A DNA stretch of 64,000 nucleotides, from the NCBI GenBank assembly GCA_963677435.1, contig OY781945.1, forward strand, positions 1,408,001-1,472,000, written 5' to 3'. The first letter of the stretch is position 1. Every line of letters begins with the position of its first letter. Positions 1 through 10,167 of this stretch are shown piece by piece. Below the pieces are notes generated by a model, which did no database searches, had not been told where the DNA came from, and saw only the letters and a program-made list of their open reading frames with translations. The position numbers were made by a program, and so were the translations under genes. This DNA comes from an uncultured Aliarcobacter sp. Lineage in GTDB: Bacteria; Campylobacterota; Campylobacteria; Campylobacterales; Arcobacteraceae.

Positions 1-538
1 TAAATGTAACAGGAACAGGTGAAGTAGATTTAAATGGTAATTATACAGGAACAGCAATAACTTATAATGCAGATGGAACAGTAAAATTAGCAGATAATAA
101 AAATATAACGTCAGCAGTAATAACAAATGCAAATGATACAGGTACTTTAACATTGTTGGGTACATCAACAGTAAGTGGACAAGTAGGAGATTCAACAAAT
201 AAATTAAAAGTTGTAAACGCAGGAGCAAATGGTGCAACTACAACATTTAGCTCAGATGTTTATGCGACAAACCTAAATGTAACAGGAACAGGTGAAGTAG
301 ATTTAAATGGTAATTATACAGGAACAGCAATAACTTATAATGCAGATGGAACAGTAAAATTAGCAGATAATAAAAATATAACGTCAGCAGTAATAACAAA
401 TGCAAATGATACAGGTACTTTAACATTGTTGGGTACATCAACAGTAAGTGGACAAGTAGGAGATTCAACAAATAAATTAAAAGTTGTAAACGCAGGAGCA
501 AATGGTGCAACTACAACATTTAGCTCAGATGTTTATGC
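1..538 (+). repeat. Intragenic tandem repeat, 273-bp (91-aa) period
   Basis: Positions 1-265 read identical to 274-538; degenerate copies of the unit follow to about 2.3 kb. Confidence 0.9.
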
Positions 539-3500
539 AACAACTACAAATATAGCATCGGGTGAAATAAAATTTGAGTCAGATTTAACAAGTAATATTA
601 TTGCTTTAACTTCTGATAATGGTATTGTGACTTTTGTTGGTGATACATTAGGAAAAACTCAAAATGTTACAGGAAATATTGGAAGTTTAGCTAATTCAAT
701 AAATACTTTGAATATTGGAGATGGAGGAATTGGTAATTACTCTAAAACAGTAATAAATGGAAACGTATATGCAACAAATACAGTTTTAAATAATGAAACT
801 TCAAATAATTCTACATTAGAACTAGCAGATGGTTCAAATATAACTTCAACTATAAAAACTTCTGCTGATGGTCAAGGTATTTTAACTTTTGTAGGTGATT
901 CAATTGCAACTGGAATAATAGGAACAAACACAGAAAAATTAGCACAAATAAACGCAGGAGCTACTGGAAAAACCGTTACATTTAATTCATCAGTAAATTC
1001 AGATAATTTAAATTTTTCAGGTGATGGAACAGTAATTTTAGCTGATAATGCAAATATAAATGCGCCAGTAACAACTTCAACAGATAATCAAGGAACATTA
1101 ACTTTTAATGGTACTTCAACAGTAAGTGGACAAGTTGGAACAAGTGGTGTAAAATTAAAAGAGATAAATGCAGGTGCAGATGGAAAGGTAGCAACCTTTA
1201 GTTCAGATGTGTATGCCACAAACCTAAATGTAACAGGAACAGGAGCTGTAGATTTAAATGGAGATACATCATCAGATATAGTTTTTGCCAATGATGGAAC
1301 AGTTAATGTAGCAGATGGAAAAGGTATTTTAGGTTCTGTTCAAACTCTTTCTAATAATACTGGAATCTTAAATTATAAGGGTGATGGGACTATTTCAGCT
1401 GATATAGGAAGTAGTATTACTAGTGGAATTAAAGAACTTAATATTAATACTAATAATGAACAAAATACTCCAGATGGTGTTTTAGTTACAGTTGTTGGTT
1501 TAGCAAGAGAACTTTATGCTGATGTTATTGCACTAAAAAATAATGCTACTTTAACATTAGCTGATAATGCAAATATTACAAATTCTGGTTCTGATAATAT
1601 TCTTGTAACAACAGATGTTACAAATACAGGAAAATTAACTTTCCAAGGAACTTCTAATATTATTGGTGAAGTTGGACAAAGTAATAAAGTTTTAAATACT
1701 ATAAATGCAGGTGCAACAGCTGAAACAGTTACTTTTAATGATATGGTTTATGCAACAAATTTAAAATATTCTGGTAATGGTAAAGTTGTATTAAATGGAG
1801 ATACAGCATCTAATACAGCAGAAGGTATGGTTGGAACTATAGATTTAAATAATACCACTGGTACTTTAGCAATTGGAGATAATGTAAATTTAAGTGTAGA
1901 TTCAAGTGGAATACAGTTTGCTAATGCTAATGATGCTGTTTTAGAATTTGTAGGAAATACTATAGTTACAGGAGTTCTGGGTGGAAATACTGCTGGAAAC
2001 TCTACTTTTGAAAGAATTTATGCAGGTGCGGATAGTTCAACAGTTACATTTAAAAATGATGTTCATGTAGAAGAGAGTAATGATACTACACTTCATGTTA
2101 GTGGAACAGGAACTGTTAATTTTGAAGGTGATTTAATAGGTGACTTAATTTATGATGCTGATGGTATTGTAAATGTTAGTGATACTAAATCAATTATTGT
2201 CTCAACAGTTCCTACTGCTGTTAGAACTCAAACAGATAATACAGGTACTTTAAATTTCTTAGGAACAACAACACTTTATTCTGATATTGGTACAGAAACG
2301 CTAAAGCTTAAAAATGTTTCTTTTGCTTCAGAGGGTACAAGTTCTGATACTTATACTCAAACTATAAATAAAAATATATATGCTCAAAATACATATATTG
2401 GTAATAGCTCAAATTCTGTAACAGTAAATGTTTCTGATGATATTATTTTTGGTGGAAATTTAGATTTAAGAGATAATACAACTTTAAATGTAAGTGATAA
2501 TGATATTACAGTAAAAGATACTTTAACAATGGCAAGTAATTCAAAAATTAATTTTAAAGTTTATACAACAGATTTAAGTGCAGGTCAAGCGGTTGAAAAT
2601 GCAAATTCTGGAAGTATAACTGCAAGTAGCCTTACGATGGCTAGTGATGCAAAAATTAATATTGATTATGTAGGTAGTTGGTATGGAGCAGGAAAATATA
2701 ATCTGATTACTGCAAGTAGCGTAACAGGTACTTATTATGGTACAGAAGCAAATGGTTTAGTAAGTGATAATAGTATTATTGATTCTATTGTAAAAATAGA
2801 TGGAACAAATCTTACCTTATTTGCTGATAGAACAGGTGGTGGATCTTATGATGCAGATGATTTATATATTGTTAAATCTGAAATAGGAGATCATTATTCA
2901 AATGGAGCTTCTCAAGCATTAGCAGGTTATGCTAATGAAGCAGATAGACAAGGTGCGTTAGCTGATATAATTAGAAATTTAGAAGAGTTACAAGGTGGTA
3001 CAACTCTTAGTGCTGCTAAAAAAGCGGAAATGATTAAAACTCAAAAATTATTAGCACCAGTTGCAAACAATTCAGGAATCCAATCTACAATAATTGCATC
3101 AAATCTTGTTTTATCTACAATAAAAGACAGAATGTCTGATCTTAGAGGTTCAACTAGTATGGATTTCATTCCTTATTCAGGATATTCTTCTGGAGATAGC
3201 GGGCTTGATAATTCATTATGGATTAAAGCCTTAGCTTCGAAAGCAACCCAATCTAAAGTAAAAGATTATGATGGTTATGATTCAAAAAGTTCTGGATTTG
3301 TAGCTGGTTATGATAGAACTTTAAAAGATGGAACAACACTAGGAGTTGCAGTAGCTCACTCAAATACAAAAGTTGACCAATCAGATTTTAGAAAAGGTGA
3401 TACATCAGAAACAAAAAGTACGCAACTTACAATTTATGCAGAAAAAGAGTTTGGTGATGCTTATGTTGATGGATTATTATCTTACGCAAAACACTCAACA

Positions 3501-4043
3501 GATGCAATAAGAACTGCTAATTCAGGTCAATTATCTTCAACAGTATCAGCTGATCAATTATCAGCAAAAATTGAACTAGGATACAGAGTATATTTTGAAG
3601 ATATTGCTACATTAACTCCATTTGCTTCTGTTGAATATGGTACTTTAAATCAAAAAGCATATACTGAAAAAGGTACTACATATCAAAATGATGCTTTAAA
3701 AGTTGATTCTGTTAAAATGAATAAAGGAACAGTAGGAGTTGGTGCAAAACTTACAACAAATGTAAATCTTGGAGACGCTCTAATAATTCCAGAATTAAGA
3801 CTTGCCGTTTATAATTCTATTGGAGATACTAATGCAGATATTAAAGCTCAATATGTTGGTGGAGGGAATCAATTTATAACCCCAACAGAAGATTTAAATA
3901 AAACAATTTATAACGCTGGTGCTGGACTTAATACTACACTTAGTGACTCTTCAAGTTTAATTTTTGGAGTAGATTATGATAGAAGTAAAGATGGTAAGTT
4001 TGTAGGCTATTCTGGAAATGTATCATTTAAACTTAGTTTCTAA
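1..4043 (+). CDS. Large autotransporter/adhesin (type Va), 5' end outside window; repetitive Gly/Thr/Asn/Ser-rich passenger and C-terminal beta-barrel
   Basis: Frame is open from position 3. Passenger has repeated units (NAGA.G.T.TF.SDVYA.NL). The last ~280 aa have the autotransporter barrel pattern (LWIKAL..., GYD, alternating strands) and end in aromatic F (VSFKLSF). Confidence 0.9.
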   Translation, partial: NVTGTGEVDLNGNYTGTAITYNADGTVKLADNKNITSAVITNANDTGTLTLLGTSTVSGQVGDSTNKLKVVNAGANGATTTFSSDVYATNLNVTGTGEVDLNGNYTGTAITYNADGTVKLADNKNITSAVITNANDTGTLTLLGTSTVSGQVGDSTNKLKVVNAGANGATTTFSSDVYATTTNIASGEIKFESDLTSNIIALTSDNGIVTFVGDTLGKTQNVTGNIGSLANSINTLNIGDGGIGNYSKTVINGNVYATNTVLNNETSNNSTLELADGSNITSTIKTSADGQGILTFVGDSIATGIIGTNTEKLAQINAGATGKTVTFNSSVNSDNLNFSGDGTVILADNANINAPVTTSTDNQGTLTFNGTSTVSGQVGTSGVKLKEINAGADGKVATFSSDVYATNLNVTGTGAVDLNGDTSSDIVFANDGTVNVADGKGILGSVQTLSNNTGILNYKGDGTISADIGSSITSGIKELNINTNNEQNTPDGVLVTVVGLARELYADVIALKNNATLTLADNANITNSGSDNILVTTDVTNTGKLTFQGTSNIIGEVGQSNKVLNTINAGATAETVTFNDMVYATNLKYSGNGKVVLNGDTASNTAEGMVGTIDLNNTTGTLAIGDNVNLSVDSSGIQFANANDAVLEFVGNTIVTGVLGGNTAGNSTFERIYAGADSSTVTFKNDVHVEESNDTTLHVSGTGTVNFEGDLIGDLIYDADGIVNVSDTKSIIVSTVPTAVRTQTDNTGTLNFLGTTTLYSDIGTETLKLKNVSFASEGTSSDTYTQTINKNIYAQNTYIGNSSNSVTVNVSDDIIFGGNLDLRDNTTLNVSDNDITVKDTLTMASNSKINFKVYTTDLSAGQAVENANSGSITASSLTMASDAKINIDYVGSWYGAGKYNLITASSVTGTYYGTEANGLVSDNSIIDSIVKIDGTNLTLFADRTGGGSYDADDLYIVKSEIGDHYSNGASQALAGYANEADRQGALADIIRNLEELQGGTTLSAAKKAEMIKTQKLLAPVANNSGIQSTIIASNLVLSTIKDRMSDLRGSTSMDFIPYSGYSSGDSGLDNSLWIKALASKATQSKVKDYDGYDSKSSGFVAGYDRTLKDGTTLGVAVAHSNTKVDQSDFRKGDTSETKSTQLTIYAEKEFGDAYVDGLLSYAKHSTDAIRTANSGQLSSTVSADQLSAKIELGYRVYFEDIATLTPFASVEYGTLNQKAYTEKGTTYQNDALKVDSVKMNKGTVGVGAKLTTNVNLGDALIIPELRLAVYNSIGDTNADIKAQYVGGGNQFITPTEDLNKTIYNAGAGLNTTLSDSSSLIFGVDYDRSKDGKFVGYSGNVSFKLSF

Positions 4044-4066
4044 TTATTTTATAAAAAAGGGTAAAA

Positions 4067-4801
4067 ATGAAAAAAATTATAACATTAGCTTTATGTAGTT
4101 TTTTATTTAATGTAAATCTATTTTCATCAGATGAAAAAGAGATAGTCTCTTTTACTGCACAAAAACATAAAGTTGACTTTTATAAACAAAACTCAAAAGT
4201 AAAAGATGCTTTAGCTAATGAGTATGAAAAAGTAGAAAAATTAGCACAAATTTTAGAAAAAGGTGTGATGAAAGATGATGTTAATTTAAAAACTGCAAAA
4301 AATATCATTACAGTTGATATTTGGAGTGAAAAGTTTTTAAGAAGTTATATTCCCACTGAAGTTGAATTAAATGAACTATTCAAAATAGAAAAACCGAGAA
4401 TCGTTGCAAAATATGAATTGAGAAATATTTTAGTAACTTATGAAGAAAATGCAGATAAAATTATCAGTGCTTTAAATAGAACTAAAACAAAAAAAGATAG
4501 ACAAGAATCTTTTATAAAATATGTAAAATCAGTTTCAAATGATTTAGCTTCAAAACAAAAAGATGGATTAAGTGATTTAGTTGATATTAATAAATTAAAT
4601 GCAGAGATTAAATCTGCATTAGAAGGTAAAAATGAGGGTGATATAGTAAAAGTAAATCTAAAAGACATCGGCACTCAGATTATTCTTATAGAAAAGTTTA
4701 TTCCTGAAAAAGAAGCCACTTTTGAAGAATCAAAAGATGCTTTAATTAATCTAGCAAAAAGAAAAGCATTAGCTAAAGAAATAGATTTATTATTAAAATA
4801 G
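4067..4801 (+). CDS. Exported parvulin/PEB4-like peptidyl-prolyl isomerase-fold chaperone, probably degenerate
   Basis: N-terminal signal peptide; rotamase-like segment YELRNILV...SNDLASKQKDG...GTQIILIEK with both His positions substituted. Confidence 0.6.
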   Translation: MKKIITLALCSFLFNVNLFSSDEKEIVSFTAQKHKVDFYKQNSKVKDALANEYEKVEKLAQILEKGVMKDDVNLKTAKNIITVDIWSEKFLRSYIPTEVELNELFKIEKPRIVAKYELRNILVTYEENADKIISALNRTKTKKDRQESFIKYVKSVSNDLASKQKDGLSDLVDINKLNAEIKSALEGKNEGDIVKVNLKDIGTQIILIEKFIPEKEATFEESKDALINLAKRKALAKEIDLLLK

Positions 4802-4802
4802 C

Positions 4803-5624
4803 ATGAAATTATATCTCTTAATTTTTTTAATAATAACTTTTTTCACTGGTTGTTTAAGTACTATTCCAACACCACAAGATAGAGAAAAAACTCTAATTTC
4901 TTTAAAAAATAAAGAGTTTTCTTTAGTTAATATTCAAACTTCTTATTTTCTTTTATTATCTTTACAAAAAAATATTAAAAACTGTGAAAACAAAGATTTA
5001 AAAGTTTATATAGAAGGTGATGGTTTGTCTTGGATTACAAGAACAATTATCTCTTCAAATCCAACACCAATAAATCCAACAGCTTTAAAACTTATGAATC
5101 AAGACTCATCAGAATGCAAAGTATATCTTGCAAGACCTTGTCAATATTTAGACTCTAGTGAATGTAGCAAAAAATATTGGACTAGCAATAGATTTGATCC
5201 AAAAGTTATAAAAAGTTTTGATGAAGCGTTAAACACACTTAAAAACAGATATAAAAATAAGAGTTTTACATTAGTTGGATATTCAGGTGGTGCAGCAGTT
5301 GCAGCATTAGTCTCTTCACAAAGAGATGATATAAGTAAATTTATTAGTGTTGCTGGAAATTTAGATACTTCTAAATGGACTTCAATTCATAATATATCTG
5401 CTTTAGATGGATCATTGAATCCAGCAGATTTCACAAAAGGGCTTGAAAATATCGAACAATACCATTTAATAGGTAATCAAGATGATAATATTCCTAAAGA
5501 GGTTTTTTTATCATATCGTTCAAAATTTGATAAAAAAGATAAGATAAATTATAGATATTTTGATGCAAGGCATAATTGTTGTTGGGAAGAACCATATAAA
5601 AAGTTTTTGCAAGAATTAAAATAA
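4803..5624 (+). CDS. Alpha/beta hydrolase lipoprotein
   Basis: Lipobox FTGC; nucleophile elbow GYSGG; YIEGDG and LARPCQY motifs; C-terminal His (ARH). Confidence 0.8.
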   Translation: MKLYLLIFLIITFFTGCLSTIPTPQDREKTLISLKNKEFSLVNIQTSYFLLLSLQKNIKNCENKDLKVYIEGDGLSWITRTIISSNPTPINPTALKLMNQDSSECKVYLARPCQYLDSSECSKKYWTSNRFDPKVIKSFDEALNTLKNRYKNKSFTLVGYSGGAAVAALVSSQRDDISKFISVAGNLDTSKWTSIHNISALDGSLNPADFTKGLENIEQYHLIGNQDDNIPKEVFLSYRSKFDKKDKINYRYFDARHNCCWEEPYKKFLQELK

Positions 5625-5636
5625 GAGATATTTCTC

Positions 5637-5662
5637 TTCCTCAAATTGGATAATTTGAGGAA
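5637..5662. terminator. Probable bidirectional intrinsic terminator
   Basis: TTCCTCAAATT-GGAT-AATTTGAGGAA hairpin between convergent genes. Confidence 0.65.
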
Positions 5663-5668
5663 AAAGAG

Positions 5669-6358
5669 TTATTTATTTTGTACTTTCATTCTAAAGTATC
5701 TAGGGAAATTGTTTTGTATTGACTTGTCTATTTCTACAGGAAAAGACTGAATAATTGAAGATTTAATAAGATTAAAATATTTTTTTTCTCCATCTACAAA
5801 AGTTAATTGTTCATAATTTCCATCTTTTAAAATTGTCAATCTTATATTTGTAAAATCATCACTTTTAATAAGATTTTTATCAACATTTTTTTCTATATTT
5901 GAATATATTTTCTCTTCAATACTTTGATTAAATAATGCAACTTTAGCTTTTTCATCAATTACTTGAACTTCAGGTTTTTCTTCTATCTCAACAACATTTC
6001 TCTCAGGTTCTTTAATCTGTTCAATTGTTTCTTCAATTGCTGGATTATCTTTGTTATTAATAACTTCTTCTATTTTTTCCCTTTGTGTTTGAGCTTCTTG
6101 AGGTAGATTTTGATTTGAAGTATCTACTTGTTCTGAAATCGTTTCATCTTTTTTAATTTCTTCTTTAGTAACCACATTATTAAGTAATTTTTCATGAATT
6201 AATGCTTCAACTTTTTGTTCTATTGTAGTTTTATTATCTTCAACTATCTCTTCTTTTTCATCACTTGAAAAAAAGAAACTATAAGCTAGATATATTAAAA
6301 CAGTGATTACTACAAGTATAAAAGTATCTTCAAAAAAAGATCTAGTTTTTGCTCTCAA
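5669..6358 (-). CDS. Hypothetical membrane-anchored protein (single TM, Glu/Lys-rich linker, TonB/TolA-C-like end)
   Basis: N-terminal hydrophobic helix, acidic spacer and small C-terminal domain; family call tentative. Confidence 0.5.
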   Translation of the reverse strand: MRAKTRSFFEDTFILVVITVLIYLAYSFFFSSDEKEEIVEDNKTTIEQKVEALIHEKLLNNVVTKEEIKKDETISEQVDTSNQNLPQEAQTQREKIEEVINNKDNPAIEETIEQIKEPERNVVEIEEKPEVQVIDEKAKVALFNQSIEEKIYSNIEKNVDKNLIKSDDFTNIRLTILKDGNYEQLTFVDGEKKYFNLIKSSIIQSFPVEIDKSIQNNFPRYFRMKVQNK

Positions 6359-6382
6359 AGTATTTTCCTTTAGATTTTATTT

Positions 6383-7417
6383 TTATTTTTCAGCAGTATA
6401 AATTTCATCAAGTAAACTATCAACAAACTCATCAGGTGAAAACTCAACTAAATCATCTTGTTTTTCTCCAATCCCCACATAAAAGATTGGTAGTTCAAGT
6501 TGATTTGAGATTGAAAATAGTGCCCCACCTTTTGCAGTTCCATCTAGTTTTGTAACAATTATTCCATCAATTCCAACCATTTCATTAAATGCACGAGCTT
6601 GTGCAATTGCTGTATTTCCTTGTGTTCCATCTAAAATCATAAGTTTTTGGTGAGGAGCATCAGGCATTGCTTTTGTACAAACTTTTACTATTTTTTTAAG
6701 CTCGTTGTTTAGATTTGTTTGAGTTTGAAGTCTTCCTGCTGTATCAATAATTACATTATCAATATTTCTTGCCATTGCTGCACTTATTGTATCATATGCA
6801 ACAGCTGAAGCATCGTGTCCTTGTTTTGTTTTGATTATTGGAACATCAAGTTTTGCAGCCCAAGTTGAAAGTTGCTCAATAGCTGCTGCTCTAAAAGTAT
6901 CTCCAGCTCCTAAAATAACAGATTTTCCTTGTTTTTTAGAAATATTTGCAAGTTTTGCAATAGTTGTCGTTTTTCCAGCTCCATTAACACCAATAATAAG
7001 TCTTACAAATGGTTTTGGCAGATTTGATAAATCTACATCTGGTGCATGTTCAAAAAGCATAACAAGTCTATGTCTTAACTGTTTTCTAGTGATTTCAGAT
7101 GGAAGTCCATCCATTGCTTTTTCAATGATTTCATATTCCATATCAGCTTCAATTAAAAGTTCTTGAATATCATCAAAAGATATTTTTTCCTTTTTTTGAG
7201 GAACAACAGTTTTAATAGTTGCAAATGTTTTTTCTAAAGCTCTTGAAAAAAATCCTTTTTGATCTTCTTCTTTCTCTGCTTCCTCTTTTTGAATAATTTC
7301 TTCATTTTTTATTTCAACAGGATTTGCATAAACTTGATTATTTTCAAGCTGCTCTGCAGGAACTTCTTTATGTTCTAAATTACTTTCTTCTTTTTTCTTT
7401 TTAAAAAAACTGAACAT
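6383..7417 (-). CDS. ftsY: Signal recognition particle receptor FtsY
   Basis: GVNGAGKTTT, DTFRAAA, DTAGR and TKLDGTAKGG motifs. Confidence 0.97.
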   Translation of the reverse strand: MFSFFKKKKEESNLEHKEVPAEQLENNQVYANPVEIKNEEIIQKEEAEKEEDQKGFFSRALEKTFATIKTVVPQKKEKISFDDIQELLIEADMEYEIIEKAMDGLPSEITRKQLRHRLVMLFEHAPDVDLSNLPKPFVRLIIGVNGAGKTTTIAKLANISKKQGKSVILGAGDTFRAAAIEQLSTWAAKLDVPIIKTKQGHDASAVAYDTISAAMARNIDNVIIDTAGRLQTQTNLNNELKKIVKVCTKAMPDAPHQKLMILDGTQGNTAIAQARAFNEMVGIDGIIVTKLDGTAKGGALFSISNQLELPIFYVGIGEKQDDLVEFSPDEFVDSLLDEIYTAEK

Positions 7418-7427
7418 TAATTAACCT

Positions 7428-7985
7428 TTATTTTTCTAATACTTTTTTTATATCTACTTCTAACATTTCAGAGGGAACTAACCCCACATATTTTTGAAAT
7501 ACGGTGCTACTTTTATCAATTAAAAACATAGTTGGAATAGATTTTATTCCTCCTAAATTTCGAGCTAAATCAAATCCATCTGGAGAATTTACTACATCAT
7601 AATTAATATCAAAATCTTTCATAAATGCTTTTAACTCTTCATTTGTTTTCATCTCTTCAAGTAAAACTGAAATAACAACGAAGTCATTTTTATAGTCATT
7701 TTGTAATCTAACTAAATTAGGAATTTCAGCCTTACAAGGCGGACACCATGTTGCAAAAAAATCTAATAAAACAATTTTATTTGGATAATCTTTTAATATA
7801 ATTTTATCATTATCTAATTTTAGATTTATTATACCGTCATTTGTTGTTTTTAGTTGAAATTCACTGATTTTCTTTACTTTTTGTGTTGTTGTCTCTTTTG
7901 AATCTTCGTTTTTATCTTTAGAATCACACCCTGTAAATAATAAAATAGATAAAATTGACAAAAATGCTAAAGTTTTAAACTGCAT
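7428..7985 (-). CDS. TlpA/ResA-family thiol-disulfide oxidoreductase lipoprotein
   Basis: FFATWCPPC active site; lipobox FTGC; ATG at 7985 with AAGGAA ribosome-binding site. Confidence 0.88.
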   Translation of the reverse strand: MQFKTLAFLSILSILLFTGCDSKDKNEDSKETTTQKVKKISEFQLKTTNDGIINLKLDNDKIILKDYPNKIVLLDFFATWCPPCKAEIPNLVRLQNDYKNDFVVISVLLEEMKTNEELKAFMKDFDINYDVVNSPDGFDLARNLGGIKSIPTMFLIDKSSTVFQKYVGLVPSEMLEVDIKKVLEK

Positions 7986-7995
7986 TTTAATTCCT

Positions 7996-8033
7996 TTGGG
8001 TAAAATTATTTGTTGGGTAGAAATTTTACCCAA
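7996..8033. promoter_or_regulatory. Inverted repeat in divergent promoter region
   Basis: TTGGGTAAAATT (7996-8007) / AATTTTACCCAA (8022-8033); each arm contains a TAAAAT -10-like box. Confidence 0.45.
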
Positions 8034-8046
8034 GTGAGGCTTAAAT

Positions 8047-8586
8047 ATGAAAAATGATCACAAAAGTGATTTTAGGAAATCGTCTATCAAGAGATTAGAA
8101 TTTACAAGCCTTTTTTTAAAGTATTACAAAAATAAAATAATTGTTAAAAAATTAGAAGACTTTATAAAACGAAGTGGTTCAAAAAATATTTTGTTGTATA
8201 TACCTTTAGGTATAGAAGTTGATGTAAAGCCGTTGATAAAAAATTTAAGAAAAACAAAAAATAAAAATGTATATGTACCATTTATGCAAGGGGAGAGTTT
8301 CAAAATTGTTAAATATAGATTACCCTTACATAAAAAGAGATTTGGAATAAAAGAACCAAATAACTCTTTTTTTAAAGCTAGAAAAATAGACTTAGCCATT
8401 GTTCCAATTGTAGGAATTGATAAACTAGGAAAAAGAATAGGCTTTGGAAAAGGAATGTATGATAGATTTTTTGATAAATTAGATTATAAACCAACGATAG
8501 TTTTTACACAGTTAGTACTTTGCAAAAGTGAAAAAATTCTATCTGATAATTACGATATTCAAGCTAATTATATAATAACAAATTAA
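8047..8586 (+). CDS. ygfA: 5-formyltetrahydrofolate cyclo-ligase
   Basis: FGIKEP and DLAIVP...RIGFGKGMYDRFF motifs. Confidence 0.9.
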   Translation: MKNDHKSDFRKSSIKRLEFTSLFLKYYKNKIIVKKLEDFIKRSGSKNILLYIPLGIEVDVKPLIKNLRKTKNKNVYVPFMQGESFKIVKYRLPLHKKRFGIKEPNNSFFKARKIDLAIVPIVGIDKLGKRIGFGKGMYDRFFDKLDYKPTIVFTQLVLCKSEKILSDNYDIQANYIITN

Positions 8587-8590
8587 GGTT

Positions 8591-10141
8591 TTGAATATGG
8601 AATACATAATAGTAAGTGCAATTATTGCAGTGCTAAGTTCTGCTGCGAGTATATTTATTGTAAAGAAACTAGATAAAGCAAAATTTCAGGTTTTTATTGA
8701 GCAAGCAAAAGCGAAAGCAAAAGTGATTGAGCATGAAGCAGAAGTAGCTTTAAAAGATGCACAATTAAAAGCGAAATTTGAGTGTGATAAAGAGTTTAAA
8801 CACGCAAGAAGAGAGTATGATATTATGCTTTCTAAAATTGAAAAAAAAGAGAGAGAGCTTAATGAGCATCTTGAATCTGAATTAAAAATTATCAAACAAG
8901 AAAAAGATGATATTATTGATAAAAACAGAAAAATCACAGCGTTAAAAGAGGGAATTGAACAACAAAAAAAGACTTATGAAGAGAAAACTTTAGAGGCTAT
9001 AAAAATACTTGAAAATGCGTCTGGTCTAACACTTGTTGAAGCAAAAGAGTTGATGCTTAAAAAAGTTAAAGAAGATTCACGAGCTGAAATTTCTTCTATT
9101 TTTAGAAAAAAATATAAATTAGCAGAACAAAATGCTAAAAATGAAATTAATAATATGCTTTCTCATGCAGTTACAAGATATGCTGGTGAATTTGCTGCTG
9201 AAAGACTTATTAATAATGTACCAATTAATGATGAAGAGACAAAAGGTAAAATTATAGGAAAAGAAGGGCGAAATATTAAAGCTCTTGAAATGTTATTGGG
9301 TGTTGATATTATTATTGATGATACGCCAAATACAATTACTATTTCATCTTTTAATTTATATAGAAGAGCGGTTGCTACTAAAACTATTCAAGAACTTCTT
9401 GAAGATGGAAGAATTCAACCTGCACGAATTGAAGAGATTTATAAAAAAGTAAAATCTGAGTTTGATAAAAACATCCAAAAAGAGGGTGAAGATGTTGTTT
9501 TAGAGCTTGGAATTAAAACTATGCATCCAGAACTTATTAAACTTGTTGGAAGATTAAGATATAGAGCAAGTTATGGTCAAAATGCACTAGCTCACACACT
9601 TGAAGTTGCCCACTTAGCAGGTTTATTAGCAGCTCAAATGGGTGGAGATGCAATCTTAGCAAGACGAGCTGGACTTCTACATGATATTGGAAAAGCTTTA
9701 ACTCATGAAATGCCAGGGTCTCATGTACATTTAGGTGCAGAAATTTGCAAAAGATATGATGAATGTGATACAGTTATAAATGCAATTTATGCCCACCATG
9801 GACATGAAGAACCAATAAATGTAGAGTCAGCTTCTGTATGTGCTGCTGATGCTTTAAGTGCTGCAAGACCGGGTGCTAGAAGAGAAGTATTAGAAAGCTT
9901 CTTAAAAAGAGTTGAAGAGGTTGAAAATATTTCAACTAGCAAATTAGGTGTTATTAATGCCTATGCAATTAATGCAGGTAGAGAAGTGCGAGTTATAGTA
10001 AAAGCTGAGCTTGTAAATGATGATGAAGCTGTATTGTTAGCAACTGAAATTGCAAAAGAGATTGAACAAAAAGTTCAATATCCAGGTGAGATTAAAGTTA
10101 GTGTTATTAGAGAAATACGAGCTGAAAGCTATGCTAGATAA
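8591..10141 (+). CDS. rny: Ribonuclease Y
   Basis: N-terminal TM, coiled coil, KH domain (KGKIIGKEGRNI), HD domain (LLHDIGK) and SAARPGAR. Confidence 0.97.
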   Translation: MNMEYIIVSAIIAVLSSAASIFIVKKLDKAKFQVFIEQAKAKAKVIEHEAEVALKDAQLKAKFECDKEFKHARREYDIMLSKIEKKERELNEHLESELKIIKQEKDDIIDKNRKITALKEGIEQQKKTYEEKTLEAIKILENASGLTLVEAKELMLKKVKEDSRAEISSIFRKKYKLAEQNAKNEINNMLSHAVTRYAGEFAAERLINNVPINDEETKGKIIGKEGRNIKALEMLLGVDIIIDDTPNTITISSFNLYRRAVATKTIQELLEDGRIQPARIEEIYKKVKSEFDKNIQKEGEDVVLELGIKTMHPELIKLVGRLRYRASYGQNALAHTLEVAHLAGLLAAQMGGDAILARRAGLLHDIGKALTHEMPGSHVHLGAEICKRYDECDTVINAIYAHHGHEEPINVESASVCAADALSAARPGARREVLESFLKRVEEVENISTSKLGVINAYAINAGREVRVIVKAELVNDDEAVLLATEIAKEIEQKVQYPGEIKVSVIREIRAESYAR

Positions 10142-10167
10142 AAAAATCTTAACAAGGTACACAAATT

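Noticed and set aside
7986..8046. 6S RNA upstream of ygfA
   Set aside because: The intergenic gap is only about 60 bp, too short for 6S RNA.
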